64,000 nucleotides of DNA from positions 512,001 to 576,000 of the forward strand of contig OZ219754.1 in assembly GCA_964291295.2 (NCBI GenBank), read 5' to 3'. Origin of the DNA: an uncultured Candidatus Binatia bacterium. GTDB lineage: Bacteria > Desulfobacterota > Binatia > UBA9968 > JAJDTQ01. The notes beneath the pieces were generated by a model, which had not been told where the DNA came from, did not search any database, and worked only from the letters and a program-made list of their open reading frames with translations. Of the stretch, positions 30,560 through 40,789 are shown piece by piece. A program made the position numbers and the translations under genes. Positions within the stretch are counted from its first letter, which is position 1, and the number at the start of each line of letters is the position of its first letter.

Positions 30560-31282
30560 TCAGATCTCCAGCACCAGCCCGTCGTCCGCGGTGTCCACCG
30601 GCAGCGATGCGCGCCGGGCCAGCATCGCCTCGCCCATGTGCGTCAGGATCAGCCGCCGGCACTCCAGCCGTTGCCGGCGCGCGGCGATCTCCAGGTAGTT
30701 CATGTGCGAGGGAGACGGGGCGTCGTAGTGGCAGCACTCGCAGATGAACAGATCGGCGCCCCGGCTGTGGATGAGGAACTGGTCCGTCCAACTCGAATCA
30801 CCGGAAAAGAGCACGGTCCGCCCGCCCACCGTGACCCTGAGCCCGAGCGAGACCGCATCCGCCTGGTGCGGCACCCGGAAGCCCAGCACCCGGGCGCCGG
30901 CCACGGCGGTGACGGTGTCCGGTTCCAGCACCACGAAGACCAGGAAGGGCAGCTTCTTCTCGCCGTACATGAGCCGCATGAGGCCGCGCACGCGCTCCTC
31001 GGTCCCCGGCGGCCCGGCCACCACCAGCGGACGGCGCCGGGGCTTGTCGTACAGGTAGTGGATGAAGAAGAAGGGCAGGCCGCCGAAATGGTCGCCGTGC
31101 AGGTGGCTCAGGATCACCGCGTCCAGCGCCGCCGGGTCCAGACCGGCGCGCCTGAGCGCCGGCAGCGTCGACGGCCCGCAGTCCAGAAGATGGCCGTGCG
31201 AACCGTGCTCCAGCAGACAGGCGGTCTGGTTCCTGCCGCCACTGCCGAAGGCGTCCCCGGTTCCGAGAAAGTGGACTTTCAC
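30560..31282 (-). CDS. MBL-fold metallo-hydrolase (RNase Z-like)
   Basis: FLGTGDAFGSGGR, LDCG, SHLHGDHFGG, FSGDS, LTHM. Confidence 0.9.
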   Translation of the reverse strand: MKVHFLGTGDAFGSGGRNQTACLLEHGSHGHLLDCGPSTLPALRRAGLDPAALDAVILSHLHGDHFGGLPFFFIHYLYDKPRRRPLVVAGPPGTEERVRGLMRLMYGEKKLPFLVFVVLEPDTVTAVAGARVLGFRVPHQADAVSLGLRVTVGGRTVLFSGDSSWTDQFLIHSRGADLFICECCHYDAPSPSHMNYLEIAARRQRLECRRLILTHMGEAMLARRASLPVDTADDGLVLEI

Positions 31283-31406
31283 CCCATCGACACTACAGCG
31301 CCGGATCGACCTTGGCAACGCGCGCGCGGTCTGCCAGATTGCGTGGGCGGACAACCGCCGCCCCGGACGAAATGAACAGCGTTTCCATGAACCGCGCATC
31401 GCCACG

Positions 31407-34400
31407 ATGAACATCGTTCTCGGTCCCTGCCACCCCCAACTGGAAACCGCCCTGGCGGAGGAGGTGCGGTCGTACGACCCGCTCGCTCCGCTCCTTCTCG
31501 TGGTGCCATCGGAGACCCTGAGCCGGCGCGTGAAGGTCCTGCTGGCCAAGGAGCACGGCCTTCATCTGTTGAATGTCCACATCCGCACCTTCTTCCAGCT
31601 CGGCCTGGATCTGTTCCACGAAGTGCACGGCTCGGCGGAGCCGGTGTTGCGCGGCGAGACCTTCATGGAAGAGGCGCTGCGGCAGGTGGTTCCGGCCCAT
31701 GGTCGGTTTGCCCGGATCATGGACAACGACAGCGCCTGCGCCGCGCTGTGGCAAAGCCTGCGAGATCTCAAGGACGGCATGCTGGAGCCCGAGTCCGCGC
31801 TGGAGGCGCTGCGGGAGGGGCTCTTCGACAACCGGGACCGGGCCGCGCTGGGCGACCTCTTCGAGCTGTACCGGGAGGTGAAACGCCGTTTCCCGGAGTG
31901 GCAGGCGCAGGACCGCCAGGACCTCGCCGCGGCGGCGGCGCGGTACGCGCCCGTCTCGGCCCACCTGGGGCGGTTCCAGCACATCTGCTACTACGGCTTC
32001 TACGACCTGACCCAGAGCCAGCTGGAACTCTTTCGGACCATCGCCGGCAACTACCCGATGACCCTGTTCTACCCGCTCGTCCAAGGCGATCCGGACTGGT
32101 CCTTTGCCCGGGACTTCTACGACCGCTACCTCCGAGGCCTGGCCGGGACCGGCGAAGTCGTGGACCTGGCCGGCAACGGCACGGCAACCGGCATCTCGCC
32201 CGGGGACACCTCACCCGGGCCGCCGGTGGACCCGCGGCCCCGCCCCGAGATCGTCAGTTGCGCCGGACCCGGGGACGAGGTGCGCACCGTGGCCAAGAAC
32301 ATCCTCCGGCTGGTGGAACAGGATGGGTTCGACTTCCAGCAGGTGGGGGTGGTGGCGCGCACCCTGGGCCCCTGGCTGTCGTGGTTCCAGGAGATCTTTC
32401 CCGAGCACGGCATCCCCTTCCACACCCCCGCCCAGGAACCCCTGTGCCGCTTCAACCGCGTCAGGGGGCTGCTGACGCTGCTGGACCTGCCGGTGCGGAA
32501 CTATCCCCGGGCCGACGTCATCGATCTACTCGCCTCCCACGACTTCCGTTTCGAGAACGTGCCGGACGCCGGCACCGAGCCCAGGCCGGACCTCTGGGAC
32601 ATGGCCACCCGCTCCCTGCGCATCACCCGCGGCATGGCCGAATGGCACCGCCTGGAAAGCTACCTCGGCAAGGGCGTCCGACTGAGCTTCGTGGACGAGG
32701 AAGGCGGCGGCCGCCTGCTCATACGAGCGGACCAGGTCGCCGCGCTGCTCAAGATCGTCGACACCCTGCACGCGCACTTGAGCGCATTGCCCGCGGAGGG
32801 AACGTGGTCGGACCTGGCCGCCCGCTGGCAGGCGGTGGTCGATCGGTTTCTCAACCACGGTTCGGACGAAGCGGCGCCCCGGGTGGCAAAGGCCATCGAC
32901 CAGACTTTCGCCGGGCTGGCGGCACTGGAGGCAATCACGCCCACCGTGCCGCTCGAAACCTTCGCCCGGACCCTGCGCCACAGCCTGGACCGGGCCACGG
33001 TGCCGCTGGCCGAGGAGGTCGTGCCGGGAGTCCAGGTTCTGGATGCCGGGTCGGCCCGGGGCATTCCCTTCCGGGCACTCTTCCTGGTGGGCATGAACGA
33101 GGGCGTGTTCCCGCGCGCCGTCCGCGAAGACCCGTTCCTGCGGGACCGCGCGCGCCAGGTGCTGGAGACGGACCTGGGCTTCAAGGTCTCTTCCAGGCTG
33201 TCCGGATTCGACGAGGAAAAGCTGCTGTTCGCAATGCTCCGGGGCTCGGTCACCGATCGCCTCCTTTGCAGCTATCAACGCGCGGACGCGGCCGAGCGCC
33301 CGCTGGCGCCCTCCTGGTACCTCCGCGCCGCGGCCCCCGCCGCCGACACCGCGATTCCCAGAAGCGTCCTGGGCAAGCGCGGCATCCCTCCCTTCGACAA
33401 CGAGCGCTGGCTCCTGCCGGAGGAGCTTGCGGTGCGGCAGGCCCTGGAAGGAGCGGATCCGACCCCCTTGGTGCGCGCGGGCGGGGGCTCGGTGGAGAGC
33501 TTCCGCAAGAGCGCGGCGGCGCTCTGCGCACTGGACGACGCCGCCGGAACAGCCGGGCCGTTCGACGGCATCACCGGCCCTCTGGAGCCGGTGTGGAACG
33601 GGATCGTCGAAAACGCGGTCTCCGCCACCACCCTGGAGGCGTACGGCCGCTGCCCGTTCCAGTACTTCGCCCGCAACATACTCAAGCTGGAACGGCTGGA
33701 GCGCCCGGAAACGGCGGCGCCGGTCCAGGCCCTGGAATGGGGGGAACTCTGCCACGAGATCCTGCAGCGCTTCTACCAGGAACCCGACCGCGCCCGGGGG
33801 GACGGCTGGATCGCATGGCTCTACAGCGCCGCCGACGAGGTTCTGTCCACCTTCGAGGCAGAGGGCGCCACCGGATACCCGGCGGCATGGCAGGCGGCTC
33901 GCGCCGAGCTTATGGGCGTGCTGCTGGAGGCGGTTGAGGCGGACATGTCGGAGATGGAGAAATCGGGCTTCCGTCCGGCGGAGTTGGAAAGCTGGCTGAC
34001 CACCCGGCTCGACGAGACATGGCCCCCGGACATCCGGGGCCTGACCGTGCACGGACGCCTCGACCGCATCGACCGCCACGAAACGGCCGCCCGCTACCGC
34101 GTCATCGACTACAAGTACAAGACCGGCAGGCAACCCAGCGACATGGAACACCGGCCCAGGGACGCAGCAGTCAGAGGGCGCAAGCTGCAACTGCCCGTCT
34201 ATCTGCTGCTGGCCCGGGAATACACCGGTGCGCAAGGGCCCGGAGCGGACACCGCGGTTGAAGCGGCCTGGTACTACTTCATCGCCCGCCGCTGGAGCAA
34301 AGGCCCCCTGGTTCGGTGCTCCTTCCCGGCGGACGCCTGGGAGGAGATCTCCGGCGCGGCGATCCGGAACGTGATCATCCGGCGCCTGCGCGGTATCCGC

Positions 34401-34532
34401 GCCGGGGAATTCCACATCAAACCCGGCTCCCATTGCCGCTTCTGCGAGGTGTCGGAGATCTGCCGCAAGGACCATTTCCCCTCCCTCACGAGAGCCGCGC
34501 GACACGAGCCCGCGGGAACGGCTCCTCCATGA
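31407..34532 (+). CDS. addB: AddB-like inactive helicase / PD-(D/E)xK nuclease subunit
   Basis: YGFYDLT, GMNEGVFP, CPFQYF, GRLDRID...IDYK, QLPVY, CRFCEVSEIC (Fe-S staple). Confidence 0.88.
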   Translation: MNIVLGPCHPQLETALAEEVRSYDPLAPLLLVVPSETLSRRVKVLLAKEHGLHLLNVHIRTFFQLGLDLFHEVHGSAEPVLRGETFMEEALRQVVPAHGRFARIMDNDSACAALWQSLRDLKDGMLEPESALEALREGLFDNRDRAALGDLFELYREVKRRFPEWQAQDRQDLAAAAARYAPVSAHLGRFQHICYYGFYDLTQSQLELFRTIAGNYPMTLFYPLVQGDPDWSFARDFYDRYLRGLAGTGEVVDLAGNGTATGISPGDTSPGPPVDPRPRPEIVSCAGPGDEVRTVAKNILRLVEQDGFDFQQVGVVARTLGPWLSWFQEIFPEHGIPFHTPAQEPLCRFNRVRGLLTLLDLPVRNYPRADVIDLLASHDFRFENVPDAGTEPRPDLWDMATRSLRITRGMAEWHRLESYLGKGVRLSFVDEEGGGRLLIRADQVAALLKIVDTLHAHLSALPAEGTWSDLAARWQAVVDRFLNHGSDEAAPRVAKAIDQTFAGLAALEAITPTVPLETFARTLRHSLDRATVPLAEEVVPGVQVLDAGSARGIPFRALFLVGMNEGVFPRAVREDPFLRDRARQVLETDLGFKVSSRLSGFDEEKLLFAMLRGSVTDRLLCSYQRADAAERPLAPSWYLRAAAPAADTAIPRSVLGKRGIPPFDNERWLLPEELAVRQALEGADPTPLVRAGGGSVESFRKSAAALCALDDAAGTAGPFDGITGPLEPVWNGIVENAVSATTLEAYGRCPFQYFARNILKLERLERPETAAPVQALEWGELCHEILQRFYQEPDRARGDGWIAWLYSAADEVLSTFEAEGATGYPAAWQAARAELMGVLLEAVEADMSEMEKSGFRPAELESWLTTRLDETWPPDIRGLTVHGRLDRIDRHETAARYRVIDYKYKTGRQPSDMEHRPRDAAVRGRKLQLPVYLLLAREYTGAQGPGADTAVEAAWYYFIARRWSKGPLVRCSFPADAWEEISGAAIRNVIIRRLRGIRAGEFHIKPGSHCRFCEVSEICRKDHFPSLTRAARHEPAGTAPP

Positions 34533-37500
34533 ACCAGCCTCCCCCGGACGAACTGGAACGGCAACAGGCCACAACCACCTTCGACCGCAATGTGGTGGTG
34601 ACCGCGGGCGCGGGAACCGGCAAGACCACCCTGCTGGTGGAGCGGTGCGTCAACCTGCTCATGCGCGAGCCGCACCCGGTGCAGGTGACGGAACTGGTGG
34701 CCCTGACCTTTACCAACAAGGCGGCCAACGACATGAAGGCGCGCCTGCGGCAGGAGCTTGACGTCCTGGCCGCGGCGGCAACCGAGCGCAGCGGCGCCGT
34801 CGGCGAGCGCTACCGCCTCACCGAGGACGAGGTGCAGGGCCGGGCCCGGGAAGCGCTGCGGAACCTCGAGCGGGCACAGATCGGCACCATCCACAGCTTC
34901 GCCGCGTCGCTGCTTCGGCTCCATCCGCTGGAGGCCGGACTCGACCCGGGGTTCCAGGAAGACGACGGCAGCCTGCGGAAGAAACACTTCGAGACCTGGT
35001 GGGGGCGGTGGCTCGACGAGGAACTGGCCGACACCGGCGCCCGCAAGAAGGAATGGATGCACCTCCTTGGCCGCTTCCCGCTGGAACGGCTCCGGGACCT
35101 TGCCCTGGCCCTTTGTGCCGAGGACGTGGACCTGGACCAACTGCGGCTCACGAGCCCGCCCGGCGACACGGTCGGCGCGTGGTTGCGCGGCCTGGACGAA
35201 ACCGCGGCGGACCTCATCGAGCGTCACCCGGAGGACCGGAAGATCGAGCAGATGCTGCCGGTGGCCCGGAAGATCGTACGGTCCTTCCTCACCGGCGGCC
35301 CCGCCGCCGGCGCCGAGGCTGTCGAGGCCTGGGAACGGGTCCTGTTGAAGGAAAAGCCCAATCAGGTGAAGGGATGGTCCGACGACGATTTCAGGCTCGC
35401 CCGCAAACTCATCGCCAACGGGGACGCGCTGGCCCAGGTGGATTCGGCGGAGGTGGAACGGCTGTGCGCACTGCTGGCGCCGTTCGTCCGACAGTGCCGC
35501 GAGGAGTTCACCCGCCATGGCCTGGTGACCTTCGACGGCCTGCTGGTGCGGGCCCGGGACCTGCTGCGCGGCCATCCGCGAATCCGGGAAGAGTTGAAGG
35601 CGCGTTTCAAGGCCATCCTGGTGGACGAATTCCAGGACACCGATCCGTTACAGTACGAGATTCTGCTGTGGCTGTGCGAGGAGCGCTCCCAGGGAGCCCG
35701 AGACTGGCGCGAAATCCGCCTGGTCCCCGGCAAGCTGTTCGTGGTGGGGGATCCCAAGCAGTCCATTTACGGGTTCCGGAGCGCCGACATGGAGGCCTAC
35801 CTGAACGTCGTCCAGGAGGTGATCGAGGCCCAGGATGGAGTCCAGTACCGGCTCACTGCCAACTTCCGCAGCGACCGCCGGATCCTCGACGTGGTCAACG
35901 GTCTCTTCGAGCAGCTGATCCAGGAGCAGCCCGGCCTCCAGCCCGAGTACATCGCCCTCCAGCCCGGTCTCCACCGGACCGACGAGGAGCCGCCGCATCC
36001 GGAACCCGGGGAAGCGCCGCCGGAGCGGAGACGGAGTCCGGTCCGCGTCCGCCGGGTATCCAGCACGGACGAGACGGAGGATGCCGCCTCGATGCGCCGT
36101 CTGGAGGCGGAATCGCTGGCGCGGTGGCTCGAAGTGGAGGTGCCGGGCCAAACCTTCCTCGACGCCAGAACCGGTCAGCGGACGCCCCTCCAGCCGGGCC
36201 ACGTCGCCCTTCTCATGCGCGCGCTCACCAACGCCCCGGTCTACCTGGAAGCGCTGCGCCGGCACGGCATCCGCTACGTGGTGGAAGGGGCGCGGAACTT
36301 CTACGCCACTCGGGAAGTCACCGACGCCATCAATCTGCTCCGGGCCATCGACAACCCCTACGACCGGCTTGCGCTGGCGGGGGTGCTCCGCTCGCCCCTG
36401 GGCGGCAACGACGATGCCGCCCTCTTCCATCTCCACCGGCAGGGACTGCTGGACTACCGCTCGGTGGCGGGGGTTCGGCGGGCGGACCTGCCCGGGGAGG
36501 TCCTGGATCTGTACCGCCGTCTCTTCCAGCTGCACAGGGAGGTGCGTTTCCTGGAAGCCGGAAGGGCGGTGGAGCGGGTGTTCAAGGCATTGCCGCTGTC
36601 GGTGCTGGCGGCCAGCGGGAACTCGGGGCAACAGGCCGTGGCCAACCTGGAGAAGGTGCGCCAGGTGGCCCGGGACGCGGGCGCGGGCGGCAGCGGCACC
36701 CTCAAGGAGGTGGTGGCCGAACTGGAACGCCGCGTCCGGGAGCAGGATGACGAGTCCGAGAACGCGCTGGAGGAGGAGACCCTGGATGCCGTGCGGATCA
36801 TGAGCATCCACCGTGCCAAGGGACTCGAGTTCCCGGTGGTGGTGCTGGTGGACGCTTCAGGCGGACCGAACAGGGGGGCGTCCCCGCCGGTGGAGATATC
36901 GCAGGACTGGTCCACCGGCCTCACCGGCATCCACATGGACGACCTGTGGAGCCTGACCGGCGTCTTTCTCCGTGCGAAACAGCGGGAGCGGGAAGCCTGC
37001 GAACAGCGCCGCCTGCTGTACGTGGCCATGACCCGGCCCCGCCAGCAACTCGTCATCTCCTTTGCCGACAAGAAGAACCGGGACGGCGACAGCCTGGCCT
37101 GCATGATCGGCGAGGCGGCCGGCGTCGAGCTTCTGGAAGCCCATTGGGAGCCCATTACCTGCGGCACCGGCGAGATGGAGGCGGAGGTGGTGCTGGAAAC
37201 ACCGGGGGAGGACGAAGATGAGGAAAGCAGCCCCCGGCGGCCGCCGCCTCCGGACACCCGGGACTGGTCCGGGTACGAAGAAGGATGGCGCCGGCGTTGG
37301 GACGAATACGACAACCGGCGCCGCACTTCGCTTTTCGCCAGCCCCACGCGGCTCACCCCCCCCGGCGAGGCGCCCGGGGCGCGCCGGCCTACCCAAGGCC
37401 TCCAGCGCGGTGCCGCCCTCGAACTGGGGACGCTGGCCCACAGGGTGCTCCAGTATTGGGACTTTCATACCCCTCGCCCCGACCAGGATCTGGAGGAAGC

Positions 37501-37906
37501 CATCGCCCGCCACGCCCCCGCGGTGCCGGCGGCGCAGCGGGACGCCGTCGTGCGGGAACTGAAGGCCATCTGGGCCATCCTGATCGACTCGCCGGTGTAC
37601 GAAGAGTTGCGGAGTGCCCGGATACTGGGCCGGGAGATGCCTTTCGTCCTGCCGTGGCACGAGGACCGGGTCATGGAAGGCGTCATCGACGTGGTCTACG
37701 AGCGGCAGGGGCGGCTGTACATCGCCGACTACAAGACCGACCGGGAGACCGAAGAGATCATGCACAAGTACGGTCACCAGGCGCGGATCTACACCGAGGC
37801 CGTCCGCCGCGGTCTGAACCGGGAGGTGGCCGGCTTCAGGTGGATCCTCCTGCGGCTGGGCCGCGCCATCGACCTGCCCGTGGAAGTGGACGGCGGAAAG
37901 CCGTGA
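34529..37906 (+). CDS. addA: AddA-like UvrD helicase-nuclease
   Basis: AGAGTGKT, LTFTNKAA, DEFQD, VGDPKQSIY, SIHRAKGLEF, LYVAMTR, GVID...DYKT. Confidence 0.92.
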   Translation: MNQPPPDELERQQATTTFDRNVVVTAGAGTGKTTLLVERCVNLLMREPHPVQVTELVALTFTNKAANDMKARLRQELDVLAAAATERSGAVGERYRLTEDEVQGRAREALRNLERAQIGTIHSFAASLLRLHPLEAGLDPGFQEDDGSLRKKHFETWWGRWLDEELADTGARKKEWMHLLGRFPLERLRDLALALCAEDVDLDQLRLTSPPGDTVGAWLRGLDETAADLIERHPEDRKIEQMLPVARKIVRSFLTGGPAAGAEAVEAWERVLLKEKPNQVKGWSDDDFRLARKLIANGDALAQVDSAEVERLCALLAPFVRQCREEFTRHGLVTFDGLLVRARDLLRGHPRIREELKARFKAILVDEFQDTDPLQYEILLWLCEERSQGARDWREIRLVPGKLFVVGDPKQSIYGFRSADMEAYLNVVQEVIEAQDGVQYRLTANFRSDRRILDVVNGLFEQLIQEQPGLQPEYIALQPGLHRTDEEPPHPEPGEAPPERRRSPVRVRRVSSTDETEDAASMRRLEAESLARWLEVEVPGQTFLDARTGQRTPLQPGHVALLMRALTNAPVYLEALRRHGIRYVVEGARNFYATREVTDAINLLRAIDNPYDRLALAGVLRSPLGGNDDAALFHLHRQGLLDYRSVAGVRRADLPGEVLDLYRRLFQLHREVRFLEAGRAVERVFKALPLSVLAASGNSGQQAVANLEKVRQVARDAGAGGSGTLKEVVAELERRVREQDDESENALEEETLDAVRIMSIHRAKGLEFPVVVLVDASGGPNRGASPPVEISQDWSTGLTGIHMDDLWSLTGVFLRAKQREREACEQRRLLYVAMTRPRQQLVISFADKKNRDGDSLACMIGEAAGVELLEAHWEPITCGTGEMEAEVVLETPGEDEDEESSPRRPPPPDTRDWSGYEEGWRRRWDEYDNRRRTSLFASPTRLTPPGEAPGARRPTQGLQRGAALELGTLAHRVLQYWDFHTPRPDQDLEEAIARHAPAVPAAQRDAVVRELKAIWAILIDSPVYEELRSARILGREMPFVLPWHEDRVMEGVIDVVYERQGRLYIADYKTDRETEEIMHKYGHQARIYTEAVRRGLNREVAGFRWILLRLGRAIDLPVEVDGGKP

Positions 37907-38637
37907 GAAGCGAACCCCACCTCACCGCCGAGAAACTGCTGTCCCGGTTGGGCGTCGGACCGGGAGCCCTCGGGCAGATCGCGCTGGTGTCCGGCCCCCG
38001 GGACCGCGCCGCGCGGCTGCGGCGCGTACTGGCCCATCCGCGCAGGCTCCTTGCCTTCCAGGACTACGAGATGCACACGGGCGCGTTGGGCGCCCGGTCC
38101 GTCACCGTCGGCAACGGCGGGCGCTATTCGGCCGACACCGCCATCACCACGGAGTTGCTGTGCGCCGGCGGCGTCGAGACCCTGGTGCGGGTCGGGAGCT
38201 GCGGCTCGCTGCGGGAAACGGTGCGGCTCGGTGATATCGTCATCGCCGACGGCGCGGTACGCGGCGACGGCGCCAGCCCCCGTTACGTCCCGGAAAACTT
38301 CGCCACCCTGCCTCACCCGCGGGTGGTGGATGCGTTGGCGCGGGCGGCCGACAGCCTGGGGGTGCCGGTGCACCATGGCCGGGTGTTTACCACCGACGCG
38401 CTGTTCCGGGAAACGCCGGAACTGCTGGCCGAACTGGAGCGGCAGCAGATCACCGCCATCGACATGGTGACCGCGGCCTTCCTGACCGTGGCCCAGGTCC
38501 GGAAGGCCGCGGCCGGGGCGATCCTGGCGGTCTCGGATGAATGGCTCACCGGCAGGCTGGGCTTTCGGGACCCCGCCTTCCTTCAGGCCGAGGAACAGAT
38601 CCTGGAGATCGCCGCCAAGGCGGTGGAGTGGCTCTGA
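37903..38637 (+). CDS. Nucleoside (uridine/purine) phosphorylase family protein
   Basis: SGPRDRA, VRVGSCGSL, GAVRGDG, TTDALFRE, IDMVTA; GTGA overlap with addA. Confidence 0.82.
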   Translation: MRSEPHLTAEKLLSRLGVGPGALGQIALVSGPRDRAARLRRVLAHPRRLLAFQDYEMHTGALGARSVTVGNGGRYSADTAITTELLCAGGVETLVRVGSCGSLRETVRLGDIVIADGAVRGDGASPRYVPENFATLPHPRVVDALARAADSLGVPVHHGRVFTTDALFRETPELLAELERQQITAIDMVTAAFLTVAQVRKAAAGAILAVSDEWLTGRLGFRDPAFLQAEEQILEIAAKAVEWL

Positions 38638-38787
38638 TCGCCTGTTTGGCCAACGGCGGCTTTCATACTACAAGAGCGGGAGACGGAACGTTCGCGGGGC
38701 GCGGACGCTGTGGAAGAGAGCGGTGAACGAGGGCGGTGGAATCGCGCGGGCTGTGGAACCCGGCACTCGGCAAAGGAGGATGGCATC

Positions 38788-39546
38788 ATGCGTTTGGACG
38801 GAAAGGTCGCGATCGTGACAGGCGGCGGCGTGGGCATCGGCCGCGCCTACTCCAAGGGGCTGGCGCGGGAAGGCGCCAAGGTCGCCGTGGCCGACATCCA
38901 GGTGGAGGCGGCCAGCCAGGTGGCGGAGGAGATCCGGAAGGACGGCGGCCAGGCGATTCCGGTGGCGGTGGACGTCGCCTCCCCGGAGAAGACCCGGGAG
39001 ATGGCGGACGCGGTGCTTGAGGCCTACGGCCGCATCGACATCCTGGTGAACAACGCGGCCCTGTACACGGCACTCACGAAGAAGTCCTTCATGGAAATCT
39101 CCGAAGAAGAATGGGACCGGGTCATGGCGGTGAACATCAAGGGCCTGCACCTGTGCGTGCAGGCGGTCTATCCGGCGATGAAGGCACAGGGCGGGGGCAA
39201 GATCATCAACATCTCCTCGGGCACCATCCTGGGCGGCACGCCGATGTTCCTGCACTACGTCACGTCCAAGGCCGGCGTGCTGGGATTCACCCGGGCACTG
39301 GCGCGGGAGATCGGCTCCGACGGGATCTGCGTCAACTCCATCATGCCCGGTCTGACCGTGTCGGGCGACAACCAGGGCGGCGTCACCACCCCCCAGCAAC
39401 TGGAGAACCGGCGCCGCAGCCGGGCGTTCCAGCGGGACCAGTACCCGGACGACCTGGTCGGCACCGTCATCTTCCTGTCCTCGGACGACAGCGACTTCAT
39501 CACCGGTCAGTCCATCAGCGTGGACGGCGGCCAGCACATGCACTGA
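38788..39546 (+). CDS. SDR family oxidoreductase
   Basis: TGGGVGIG, NNAA, YVTSK, FITGQ. Confidence 0.93.
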   Translation: MRLDGKVAIVTGGGVGIGRAYSKGLAREGAKVAVADIQVEAASQVAEEIRKDGGQAIPVAVDVASPEKTREMADAVLEAYGRIDILVNNAALYTALTKKSFMEISEEEWDRVMAVNIKGLHLCVQAVYPAMKAQGGGKIINISSGTILGGTPMFLHYVTSKAGVLGFTRALAREIGSDGICVNSIMPGLTVSGDNQGGVTTPQQLENRRRSRAFQRDQYPDDLVGTVIFLSSDDSDFITGQSISVDGGQHMH

Positions 39547-39681
39547 CGCGCGGCGGCGCCCCGTGCCCGGAGCCGGTCCGGGGTCTTGAACCGCCGGGTG
39601 ACGCGTGCGCAAGGCCCGATCCGGCCGGCGTCCTTCAGCGTCCAGAAGGCAGACACCGGAGGGCTGGCGGCGGCGGACACC

Positions 39682-40755
39682 CTACTCCGGATACAGCGGC
39701 GCGCTGTACACGGTTCCCGGCACGACCACACCGCCGGCCGGCCGTTCCCCTTCCTTGAGATGGGCGAAACGGTGGCGAAAGGCCGGGGGCAGCGGCCGCC
39801 CTCCGGGGGTGCCGAGCCAGAGGCGCAGCAGGTTGCGGCGGCGCTCCGGCTCGGGGTAGTCCGCGAAGGCGGTGCGCGAATGCGCGGTGACATGGTTGTG
39901 CAGAAGCTGCACGTCTCCCCGCAGAAATTCCATGTCGTATGACAGTTCGTCACAGAGATCGGCGCAGAGCGTCAACGCCTCCGTGAGCGCCTCCGAGTGG
40001 CGCGGCAGTTCCTCGAACCGCTGGGCCGACCCGATGTAGGAGCCCCCCACGCTTGCGGTCAGGTAGCCTTCGTGAAAGTTGAAGACCGGGAGCTGCCACC
40101 ACGGCTCCTTGCCCTCCGGAATCTCACCGCGCCGGTCGCGGTAGATGGGGCCGGCCAACTCCGCCACCAGTTCGGGGCGCCTTTTCAGCATTTCATTGTA
40201 GACGTTGAGGGAGCTGGTGAAGCGGCTCGAGCCGCCGGACCTGGCCGGGTGCAGGCACATCAGCGCGACCACGTCGCAGGCATCGCAGTGAAAGGGCAAC
40301 ATGTCATGGGTCTGATAGCCGCGATGCTTCGGATTCTCGAGGGAGTGACCGCCGAGATCCGCCACGTGCCCGAGAAGATGTCCCTTGGAGTTCTGGGACA
40401 CCGGCACACCGACGAAGAGGCCGATGCCCCAGAACGCGATGGCGGACTGCAGGCGGCTGTAGCGTTCCACCGGCACACCCCGTATGAGCGCCAGGCCGCG
40501 ACCGTGAATCACGTCGGCGGCGACCTTGTCGAGCCGCTCCCCCAGGGTCGCGAGCGCGAAGTCCTCCCGGGTGATGTCCAGGATGTCGAGCCCGCGTTCC
40601 TCCACCCGCGCCACCGCCTCGTCCAGTTCCGCGATGTCGCTGGCGGTCAGCGGGTGGATCCAGCTCTGGTCGGCCGCCAGCTCCTCTGCGGTCCAGGCCG
40701 CGGGATCCACCACGGGCCGATTCGGCACGGCCGGCTGTCTGTCCACTTTCAGCAT
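39682..40755 (-). CDS. TauD/TfdA-family Fe(II)/2OG dioxygenase
   Basis: FHCD, NHVTAHSRT, LLRLWL. Confidence 0.9.
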   Translation of the reverse strand: MLKVDRQPAVPNRPVVDPAAWTAEELAADQSWIHPLTASDIAELDEAVARVEERGLDILDITREDFALATLGERLDKVAADVIHGRGLALIRGVPVERYSRLQSAIAFWGIGLFVGVPVSQNSKGHLLGHVADLGGHSLENPKHRGYQTHDMLPFHCDACDVVALMCLHPARSGGSSRFTSSLNVYNEMLKRRPELVAELAGPIYRDRRGEIPEGKEPWWQLPVFNFHEGYLTASVGGSYIGSAQRFEELPRHSEALTEALTLCADLCDELSYDMEFLRGDVQLLHNHVTAHSRTAFADYPEPERRRNLLRLWLGTPGGRPLPPAFRHRFAHLKEGERPAGGVVVPGTVYSAPLYPE

Positions 40756-40789
40756 GGCGGTTCCTCCGAAGCTTGCCCCCGGTTCACGT

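Noticed and set aside
31407-37906. Novel helicase-nuclease defence system or Cas4-like locus
   Set aside because: Motifs and gene order fit housekeeping AddAB; no cas genes or array.
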